DNA of 64,000 nt from Octopus bimaculoides. Its lineage: Eukaryota. Below, piece after piece: positions 53,749-64,000 of the stretch; within the stretch, counting starts at the first letter, position 1, and every line of letters starts with the position of its first letter. The DNA lies in assembly GCF_001194135.2 (NCBI RefSeq), contig NC_068984.1, positions 66,144,941 through 66,208,940 of the forward strand, written 5' to 3'. Under the pieces are notes generated by a model. The model was not told where the DNA came from. It made no database searches and worked only from the letters and a program-made list of their open reading frames with translations. A program made the position numbers and the translations under genes.

Positions 53749-54529
53749 GAGTGTGTGTTTGTGTTAGTGTATTTGTATGTGCGTGAATGTACATATAGGT
53801 GTATACATAAATATATACACACATTATATATATGTATGTGTGTGTGTGTATGTGATTTTCACTTTTGGTGGTGGTGTGTTTGATTTATTTCGCTGTTTTC
53901 TTGTATCACTATGCTTAACAGTATTTTATTAGTTGTAAACAAGTTGTTTATGGACTCTCAATTGTCTTCAATCTTGTGTTGTATGAAAAACAAATTTTGA
54001 TGTATGTGTGCATGTATACATATATATATGTGCATACATATATATATGTGCATACATATATATGGTTATGTCCTCCTTTTCCTTATATATAGATATTCCA
54101 TTCTTTTATTATTATTACTACTACTACTGCTACTGCTGCTGCTTCAACTACTAGTACTGCTGCTATTAATGTTGTGGTTATCTTCTTTTATGGATGTTGA
54201 CTTATCTTAAGAAATCGTCTGAAATTTCTGTTTTTGAAAGTTTTCTTAATGGTTGCCTTAAAGCAGTAAAACTAAATATCAACAAATAATTCTAACATTA
54301 TTTTCACAAACAGCATTTAATGCTTTCCATTGTTATTTGTTGTTCTACCTTCAAACTTTGTCTTTTTGTCATGCAAATTTTGATAACCTTTGCTCTTCAT
54401 TGAGATCACCGAGACTAGCAACTAGTACTTTGCTATCTTTTTGATTTGATACAGACACTATGTAACTTAAAATCCATCTTATTAGGTTATTATTTCATGT
54501 GTCTTGGTTACAGGTAATATGTAGGGCTG

Positions 54530-55142
54530 CATAATGGCAGAGAGCTGGCAGAATCATTAGCAAGCCATGCAAACTACATAGCAGCATTCATCTGTGAGTT
54601 TGATTTCTGCCGAGGTCACCTTTGCCTGTCATCTGTAGTGAGACCAATTTCTATGATGATATACTGAATACATTAAACTGATATAGGCTCAGTGTGTTAA
54701 TCTGTAATGGTTAGTCGTTTTACCTATCAAGTGAGTTTTGAACATTGATTGAGTGTTGTGCTTTGATTGGTGGAATATTGTATAGGATTTGGATCGATGG
54801 TCTAGTCACATTGTGCATAATATAATCTCAAACAACTAATCTGTATTTGCTCTGGAATCTCTTTTCTTTTATAAATTGGTGTGACAATTCTTCCATGAGC
54901 AGAGAGGTAAGTGCTTTTCATGAAGGCAAGTTCTGCCAATTTCCTGCTGTTATTCACTGGAGCAAAATTAATATAACAGAGCACATGTAACCAGCGATGA
55001 TCCAAGTTAAATTATCTAAATAATGGATGAACTACAACCCCCAGAATCCGAAGTTGATAAAATAAGTGCCAGTTGAGCCTTAGGGTCGATGTAATCAACT
55101 AGCCCCTTCCCTCTGGCCTTGTGTCAAAATTTGAAACCAATA
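54530..55142 (+). mobile_element. Family N SINE split by an insertion of about 410 bp
   Basis: The 5' half ends ...GAGGTCACCTTTGCCTGTCATC at 54633. The 3' half resumes at about 55045 with ATCCGAAGTTGATAAAATAAGTGCCAG..GGGTCGATGTAATC..AAATTTGAAACC. Confidence 0.65.
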
Positions 55143-55159
55143 TGTAAAGTTGTGTGTTT

Positions 55160-55540
55160 GTTCATTGGAGCAACAAAGACTATCTAGTCATCTTCAAGGA
55201 TGACTGATGACTTGTGTGACGATTTTGTTTCAAGTGAACTAGGATTGCACACCATCAACTCCAATCTCTCATCTGTGACCACCTCCAATCCAGTGGCAAG
55301 ACCAAGTGAAGATGATTTGGAATGAAGATGGCTGCAGTGAATGGCCAAGATGTCTTATTTGTCTCATCATGCTCTCTGCACTCTACAATGTGTTGCTGTG
55401 ACTACCTTCCTCTCTGCTGAGTTATAAAAGTTTCTTTGGCAGAGTCTACCAGATCCAGTCTTCATATGCGTAGGTTAGCAAGCAGCCCTAGCATAGGATC
55501 CTGACAGGTGCTACTCTATGTCAGAGTAGATATGGGAGCA
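55160..55540 (-). mobile_element. RTE-like 5' UTR fragment
   Basis: Minus strand GAGAGGAAGGTAGTCACAGCAACACATTGTAGAG..GCATGATGAGACAAATAAGACATCTTGGCCATTCACTGCAGCC resembles RTE leader sequences as I recall them; not database-checked. Confidence 0.45.
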
Positions 55541-56119
55541 AAAGTGTGAAGTTATGACAGAAATGGCAGTAATGGTGGTTGTGGTGGTATTGGAGTAGAT
55601 GATCTCAGCATAAGCCTTCAGGTAATTAGAGCATATGTAGAGTGGCGACGTGGGTTCATTAGCATGAGTCTGCAATTCAGAGACACTTACTGATGAAGGC
55701 AAAGAATTACATTTTTAATACACAGTTTTACCTTTATCCTGTTCTATTGCTTGTGAGTACATTATCTGCACAATTTATTATGTATATACTTGTAATCCTA
55801 ACGTAAATATTAAGTATTGATAACTGTTTATTTAAGGATACTTTGAAATGAGACTTATATTTTACTTTCTGTCTGAGTGTCTTTCCTTGTTAAAATAGAA
55901 CCTAGATTTCACTTTTGGCCAACATTTCTTACTATCTTTGTGTGTGCCTGAACACTTCTGACAACTTTACCCCTTACCAAACCCAAGCATTCAATATTCT
56001 GTCTGTATGAATTAAATTCCACTAAGTTTTGCTAGTTTTCACAAACTAAGAAGTGAATTATAAGCAATCACTCAGCAGAATAGGAATAACAGCCACCAAA
56101 TCTACCTTTAACATTTAAA

Positions 56120-56452
56120 ACCCTTTCAGTCATGAATGCCCATGGGATTGCACCTAGAAAGTTCCTTCTGAGGTGCAAGTCCAGTCAAGGTTGTTTGTGG
56201 AAGACCAGCAATTGCCCATGCATACCAGTATCCCCTCTCCAGACCACCGATGTTGTCTAAGGGAGAGGCAAAGGCTGATACAGCTCGGCACCAGTGACAT
56301 CACAATACATTTCTACAGCTGAGTGAATGAACTGGAGTAGTGTGAAATAAAACGTCTTGCTCAAGAGCATTACACACAGCTTTGTCTAGGAATCAAACTC
56401 ACAACCTCATGATTGTAAGCCTGATGCTCTAACCACTGAGCCATGCGTCTTA
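56120..56452 (-). mobile_element. Family C tRNA SINE (reverse strand)
   Basis: Minus strand: GCGCATGGCTCAGTGGTTAGAGC (A box), GAGTTTGATTCC (B box) and CTTGAGCAAGACG.TTTATTTCAC. Confidence 0.8.
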
Positions 56453-57649
56453 AATCACATACTAATACTATGGTACTAAAAAGGGAAATGTCAGATGTAA
56501 AAGGAGACAGGCTGGTCATGGCTGAAACAGTTTTGATCATAGGCTTGCTTGATCTAAATTGATCTGGGCTAAACAACAACAGCCTGATAGATAAGTTAAC
56601 ACCACAATCCCTTTGGAAATATTGTGAATAATACAAATATTAGTCAAACATGCTTCATGACATACCTCATATATTAAAAAAAATCTAAGGAGACATTTAA
56701 TAATGTAGCTTTAAATATATTATGTTTGAATAAATGAGAGGCTGGTTAGTGCTAGACAGCTTTAGATCACAGGTTTATTCAACCAATACTGACCTGGGGC
56801 TAAACTATAACCCATTTTGGTAGCATGTATTATTGCTTGTGTTATCTTGTTAGCAGCTTAAAAGAGTGAATTTGTTTACACCAGAAATATTGATCATAAA
56901 CATACACACTCGCACATGTGTTCACATGCGCTTGCACACAAGCATGTACACACACACACACACACAAAGGCTCGTTAAAGGGATGAATGACAATAAACAG
57001 GAAATCAGCAGATTGTAGGTGACAATTAACTGTTTTGATCTATTTAGTCTCATCAATCACATGCACCTTATTATCTAATGCTTTGATAAATGTTACAGCT
57101 ATTTTCCTGGCTGATTTAATGGAATACTATATGCATATACATGTATTAATAACTGTTGTCTCATACACACATACAAACAAATGTGTATATATATATAAAC
57201 ACACAATACATACATAAATGTGTATGTACACTAGTGCTGGCATGAGTTTGGGGTTAAGTAGCTTGTTTTACAATCATGTGCTTACAAGTTTGATCTCACC
57301 AAAAGATAATTGGACAAAGCCTCTGGCTAATCTAAGCCTTGTAAGTGAAATTGGGTAGATGAAAATTGTGCAGATGAAAACTATTGGATCAACTGTATTT
57401 GTTCTAGGTTAGTATAAATAAGCTGTCACCCTGTTTAACATCACCACTTGATCTTTACAGACATTTAGTAGGAGTAGTGGGTAGAGGTGTCACTCTTCTG
57501 AAAGCATTTAGATCTGCTTTCTTTTCTAAAGATCACTACTACTGTGGCAAACCTTATCGAACCAACCAGAGGACCTGTACATGGTTGTTATTCCTGTTAG
57601 GAATAACAGTCAAATCCTGCTTGAATCACATCCTACTATCTACAAATAT

Positions 57650-58047
57650 GCGCAGGAGTGGCTGTGTGGTAAGTAGCTTGCTTACCAACCACATGGTTCC
57701 GGGTTCAGTCCCACTGCATTGCACCTTGAGCAAGTGTCTTCTACTATAGCCTCGGGCCGACCAAAGCCTTGTGAGTGGATTTGGTAGACGGAAACTGAAA
57801 GAAGCCCGTCGTATATATGTATACGTATATATATATATATGTAGGTTTGTGTGTCTGTGTGCTTGTCCCCACAACATCGCTTGACAACAGATAGTGGTGT
57901 GTTTACATCCCTGTAACCTAGCGGTTCAGCAAAAGAGACCGATAGAATATGTACTAGGCTTACAAAGAATAAGTCCTGGGGTCTATTCGCTCGACTAAAG
58001 GCGGTGCTCCAGCATGGTCGCACTCAAATGACTGAAACAAGTAAAGA
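57650..58047 (+). mobile_element. Family A SINE, young full-length copy
   Basis: Intact A box GTGGCTGTGTGG and B box GGGTTCAGTCCC, many CpGs retained, and the complete body through CTGAAACAAGTAAAG. Confidence 0.93.
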
Positions 58048-58449
58048 GAGAACACTTTGGGTAATGTGATCTACAGGTTGACTGCAAATGGGAGAAATAC
58101 AGAATGGTTTCTGCTGGAATGCTTTTAGTCATAGGTGTACTTAATCACAGCTGAACTTTGGTTCACTGAGCCATCATGGTTGCTATTCTTGTTAGGAATA
58201 ACAGTCAAATCCTGCTCAAATCACATCCTACTATCTTAGAATAGAATGCTTCGGGTAATGCGGTGTACAGGTTCACGGCAAGTAGGAAAATGGTTTCACA
58301 CAATAGAATGCTTTCTGCTGGAATGCTTTTGGTCACAGGTCAACTTGATCATTGCTGATTTGGAGTTAAACAATAACCCTTACAATCATAATTTTTTCTC
58401 ATCTCTTACTAATCTCAGAAATCCTTAAAAAACATTTCAGATACTACAC

Positions 58450-58451
<2 letters not shown>

Positions 58452-58481
<30 letters not shown>

Positions 58482-58497
58482 CTTCTTCTTCTTCTTC
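58452..58497. repeat. (CTT)n microsatellite
   Basis: Read directly from the sequence. Confidence 0.97.
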
Positions 58498-59534
58498 AGG
58501 CTAAAAGGTATACCTAGTTATTGGTTCAATATGACTTCCATGCTGCTTATTCTAATTTCAAGGTCTTTGTACTTTGCTAGCTTCTCACTTTTGTTCTAGG
58601 TGATTCTTTGGTTAGAAAGGACAAAGATGATTATCAGGGTACTGACACTTTTGTTTCTGTTCTTTGATAATTATATCTGGACTGTCCATCTTGGTTTACT
58701 TGTCTGTTTGAATATGTGTATCGAAATTTGTGTAGCCAAAGCATTCCCATGTACCATGTTTAACATATGCTTATACTTCTTCATGGTTTTCATATCAAAG
58801 TGTCAGTAGACAATATCAAAGTGTCAGTATATTGCCTAGTATATTACTGACACTTTGATATTGTCATATCAAAATGTCAGTATATTGCCCAGTATATCCA
58901 GTCTGTCTCTGGATATACTCTAATTATTCCTGCAAAGACCAAGCAGAAACAGTGTGTTTGAGTGTTTCAAATACTAATTGAATAGTCTCCTTTTGATGTT
59001 AGCCCATTTCTACTTTTAATTCATAGATTTAGAAACTTTGGGGGTATAATTCATCTCTATTGAGTTTTGCACGGAACTATAATCTAACGTGTTCTATCCA
59101 TGATCAATCCCTCTTTTGTTTTGGTACTTTGTTTTAAAGAAGTTAAGATGTGATTTGTAGGGAATTTGGTTGCAATTTCTAGCAGATCAAATTCAGTAAG
59201 CTATAATACATACAATAGGAGTACAAGCTAGATGAGACAGCATTGATACACACGTACAAAATATGTAAACATGAATTGCTAGAATTCATAAGTATTACAA
59301 TAACAATTTATATAAATGCTAAAAAAAAGCAAGCAGTATATATTTAATAATTGAAGTTCTATTTACAAAAATATGTTTACTAAACAAAATTATGGTTTAA
59401 AATTGAGAGAGTTTTGTGCAGGTATTTAGCCTGCCCCCAGCAATTTTATTACTCTTAGAATTTCTGTGGTAAAACTGACTTTTGTTAAAATGTGCAGCAA
59501 ATAAGAAAGAAAAAAAGTAGAGAAAATATAAAAG

Positions 59535-59571
<37 letters not shown>

Positions 59572-62203
59572 AGAGATGTGGGGAAAAGAAAGAGAATGAT
59601 AAACTTAGAGTTACTGTGTTACTGAGAGAAGTGGGGGGTATTATTTTGAATGAGACAAAGTTAGTGATATACAGTCTAAAGAGATAGAAAGCGAAGGTGG
59701 TGATGCGCAAAGGGGGAGAAACATGGAATGAAACTCTGAGAGGGAAAAAAAAGAGATAGCAAATACAAATTAGATAATACCAATGAAGTAGAAAAGGAGT
59801 GAGGGAAAAATGTCTGATTAAACTTTGAGATGAAGTGAGAGAGAGAGTGTCTAATGAAATTGAATGAGAGAAAATGAAAGTGAACTTAGGGTGTCTGTCT
59901 GAGAAAATATCAGATAGAATCAGTTAAAGTGAGAGGAGACAGACGTGGAAATGATTGTCAGTAACAGAGAGAGAGAGACAGACAGACAGGGAAACAGACA
60001 AACATATTGATAGAAAGACTGTTAGTCAGATAAAGCTCAGGTGCTTAAGAGATTACATTCATCTGTAGTATAACTAACATGATATTTATTGAAGAAAATA
60101 GAAAGCATTTAACTAAAAACAGAAAAGTAAATTTAATAGAGTAAATAGAATAAAATAAATACATAACAGAAAATTGAAAGAATTCTGTATTTTTTTTTAA
60201 TATTTTTTTCTAATTCAAATATGATATTAAAAATGATTTGAATTGGTCTTGCAAAGTAATTGATGCAACTTTAGGAAAGGAAAGCAAGATATACATTTGT
60301 AAATTCTTATTGTATAGGTCACTATATATATTAATTTTTTTTTCTGTTTTTTGAAATTTTGTCATTTTTAATCTTGTTTTTAGTTTTTATTTCTTTCTTA
60401 TTAGTATATTTTCTTTATGCAAATTGTTCATTCCTTCTCATTCTACAAAAGATATCTGCCAATAATAATGCATAATAATATTTACATATTTATGGTAGGT
60501 ACAAGAATATAAATGAACTACCTTTTTTCTTCCCCATTGTATTTAAACATTTTTCAAAATTTTATCTTTAGACCTGTCAGAAAAGTTTATCATCATCATC
60601 TACTGTAAATAGACGTCTGCAAATCTGAAAAGTTGGATTTTTTCACAGTTAATTAATGAAAATTTGTTGTTGGAGTGAGTATTTTGGCTCGTCTTACTAA
60701 CAAAGCGTTTCAAAATATCTAAATGTCCACGCTAATACCCTTGATGGAAATTAAGGTTGTTTCTTTACCCATTTTTGTTTTGCAAACATATTTTTGCAAA
60801 TAACTATTTGATTTTATTTATTGGTGGCTGAATATACCAGCCTAAGGAGCAAGAAGAGAAAGAGTAGACAGTAGTCACAAAGATGTTAGTAGCAAATACA
60901 CCTCACTAAATTGTTGAAAAAACTAAAACAAATTTAAGAAAATGAAGATATACAAAAAAAAAATAACAGACAGTTATAAACACAGACAGCTGCAATTTAG
61001 TAAATACGAAAGAAAAAATAGTGAAAATGCAAACTTAAATTATAACAAGAGTAACTCATCATTTGCTAGTGCTACAAGTCAAAAATGAAATAAATACTAG
61101 ACATCAATCAATTCCAAGTGAAGGAATAAGTCTAGGAGAGGTGTATCACAAAAGAAAGTGTCTACTTCTATGAGAAATTTGTCCAAAATAAGATGAGAAG
61201 GTGAGTAACCCAACACTGTTTTTCCAAATACTGAATGAAGTTTCCATATACCTTGAAAACAGGAGTTGGTGGAAGCCCTTATTGATATGTGGTAAAATAT
61301 ATGTAGCCGCAACAGAGACAGGGCATATGGAAACATATGTTTGGTGTTTAAGATCAAGAATGAAGTAAGAAGACAAACTGAACTGGTAAGCTGGTATGCT
61401 CTGCATCTAATGACAGGCTAATGCCATGGTAAATGAAGGAAATAAAATATGAGTGTTATAGTTTAAGATTTTACTAACTCTTGCAGCACAATACATGTTG
61501 TTGGAGCCATAGAAGTGACCTGCAAGAAATTGAGTGGTTTCTTGGACATTCAGGTCTTCATGTCCACTGAATACCATAAAGTTATTTCAGCATTGCACTC
61601 CTCACAAGAATGAAGAGAAAGTCATTCATCCTTGAGGTTCATGGCAAAAGCTCAGTTGGTAGACCTGTGCAAGAGCAAGCTTGACACCATCTTCTCAAAA
61701 ATGGAAAGTGAAAAGAAAACGGAAGAGAGAAACGCAGCTGCTGATAGCAACAAAAACAGCCATAACTACACAACACCATCAGCAGATTCCATAGGAGAAG
61801 ACAGGTTGCTATAATTCTAAGTTCCACTAGTTACCATTTCATGAACAGCTAACACGAACTCAAAGGCCAGTAGAACTACTATGTATACATATATATATAT
61901 GATGGACTATCCCACTGGAGATAACGTATGAGTATTCAACTTACCAAACAGCCCGTGCAAATGATTTGTTTATAGTGAGGAAATATATGTGCTGTATATT
62001 CGCTCATTCCCTCCATCAAATAACTGTTGTCTGAACAGCTGGATGGTATACCACACATCTGGTGTCAAAGTGATCATAGAGCAACTTGAGATGAAATGTT
62101 TTGTTCAAGAACACTGCACCACGCAGTCTAAGAATTCAAACCATGACATTGTGTTCATGAGTGCAACACCCAAAACCGCCAGGCCATGCGTCTTTCCGAT
62201 AAA

Positions 62204-63727
62204 TACTATAAAAAACCCATGTAATTTACGCATGTTTTTCGTAAAAACAAAAATAAACTTTAGTGGATGCATAAATTACATGAGTAGATCATTTCCAGAA
62301 TTTTTTTAGAAATTCTTTTTGTTGAAAAATGACGTACAAATGTAAACATTTGTACGGGAAGTTAACTCATTTAATGTCAGAATAGCTTTTTACAGAAAAA
62401 AACATATAGTGAAGTTGACTTTTATTTATGCTGGACAGTATAATGCTTACTTTTTCTGTATATATTTACTAAAACCATTTCAATGGTTAACTACTTTTTG
62501 AAGTTTGACATTCATGCTGGTAATCATGGTCAGGGCCATATTTTACATTGCTTAGAGTTTCTACCTATCACAATGAAGTCCAGCAATTTCCTTAAATAGA
62601 TCAATTTTTCTCTGTTTAAGAAGTCTAACTTGCATTTGCCTCTAGGAATCTATTGCTTGCTTTCTCCGTGTTAGGACAATGAACTTCATCACCATCAACA
62701 TCACCGATGATAACATCATAATTCATCATTGTGCATGTAAACTCACTAAGTAAATATGACTTAGCGTTCCTACAGAAACCTTCGTTTGCCTTATACAATG
62801 TTTACTGTTGTTTCACATTTACGTTGAATTATGTTCTCTTCATAGAACACTCGTAATGTATGTATTACCAGTTCTTTTGGTATAGTAGATTTTTTGCTAT
62901 TCTTGTTTATGTCTCCTCACAGACGTGTATATTCTAACAAGTCACTTCTTAAATTTAGCACCTCCTTTGTTCAATAAACACTAAGTTAAACTTGGAATGC
63001 TGTTTATTTTCTCCTTTCAATTTTTAATGCTTATTTTAGCGGGTTACCAAGCTATCAGTTTGGGCTCCCAGCTAAAGCAGTTATGACAAATTTTTAAGTT
63101 TGCTTCACATTTTATAAGTGTTAAAACGATTAAAATTTCAATATTCTGAATCAAAGGTTCTGGCAAGAATAGGCAGATAATCAGAACTTGAGACAAGCAG
63201 TCAGTTTCAACCAATCAGAATTCTGCTTACAAAATCAGTTTGATCGGTCACCTTCCTCTTTTGGTTGAATAAAGTGTCGTCCAAGCTGATGTTTATTGGT
63301 AATTAAATTTATTTTGCAACACTTGTGCGTATCTATCAGTTTTATTTTTGTTGATAAGAATTATCAACAACTTTTCCTGTGACAGTGATTTGAGAAGATA
63401 TACAGAAGTATATGTGGGCAAGAAATGTAAAATAAAGTTTATTATAAACGACGAAAACACTTCGTAATTTAATAGGCTTCAATATGATATCTATTAAATG
63501 GAAATTATTTTTATTCAATGAAAATTTAATAAAATCTAATCATAAGTCAGTGAAATTATGCTAAATACAACTAAATTGAAAACCTTTTCCCAATGGTCAG
63601 ATCAGCAATTCTGAAAACTTTTGGTGCAAATTTTACATGAATAGAAGCTTTTTTTAACAATTTTTACCCTGAAAATCACCTGCATAAATTACACAGGTGT
63701 GCAAATTACATAGGTTTTTACGGTGTA
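62204..63727. mobile_element. pogo/Tigger-like Tc1-mariner relic, about 1.5 kb, no intact transposase
   Basis: Left TA-CTATAAAAAACCCATGTAATTTACGCA versus right (reverse complement) TA-CACCGTAAAAACCTATGTAATTTGCACA. The subterminal motif TGCATAAATTACA occurs at about 62267 and 63681. Confidence 0.65.
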
Positions 63728-64000
63728 TGTAAAACACAAAGGAATAGGGATTTCAAAATTTGGGCAAATATTTTATAAGGACTCTGTTGTATTCTGAACT
63801 TAGATAACTCTACTGACCAGTACAAAACATAAGGAACTGTATAGATCAAGCAATTAGTAGTACTTCCATTCGATAAGTAACTCCTGAGTTTGCTTTGAAG
63901 AATTTCACATAAAACGATAGAGTGTATTAGAAGGACACAATGAAGAATTGTAAACTACTAATTAAAAACATGTAATTATCTGTTCTTCATTGTGTCCCCA

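Noticed and set aside
698-54210. The many long ORFs rich in IY/CV/HT repeats or X
   Set aside because: They are translations of (TA)n/(TG)n microsatellites and N gaps, not genes.
61480-61814. Coding-like AKAQLVDLCKSKLDTIFSKMESEKK region
   Set aside because: Upstream stops or frameshifts, no consistent splice sites and no family recognised.
1-64000. CRISPR array or prokaryotic defence system
   Set aside because: No regularly spaced identical repeats with unique spacers and no gene-dense region; the sequence is clearly eukaryotic.

Overview
AT-rich eukaryotic genomic DNA from a short-read draft assembly. There are about 20 N-gaps, nearly all flanked by (TA)n/(CA)n runs. The repeat repertoire (tRNA-derived SINEs with CA/TA spacers, Nin-domain-like SINEs, (GAT)n-tailed RTE-related retroposons, dense microsatellites) suggests a mollusc, probably a cephalopod (Octopus-like); this is inference, not a database result. 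No prokaryotic operon, CRISPR array, rRNA or intact tRNA gene is supported, and almost all listed ORFs are microsatellite or N artefacts. The window looks like intron or intergenic DNA, with at most a few unconfirmed plus-strand exons (best candidates 1315-1547 and 5798-5968). It holds several SINE families, RTE and Dong/R4 LINE fragments, and hAT, mariner, pogo and piggyBac-like non-autonomous DNA elements, several with readable TIRs and TSDs. The most interesting signals are two Penelope-type minimal hammerhead ribozyme motifs. One is near-intact at 11280-11324 (+). The other is decayed and sits inside a tRNA-headed SINE present as a head-to-head palindrome at 46593-47050, reminiscent of schistosome SM-alpha.
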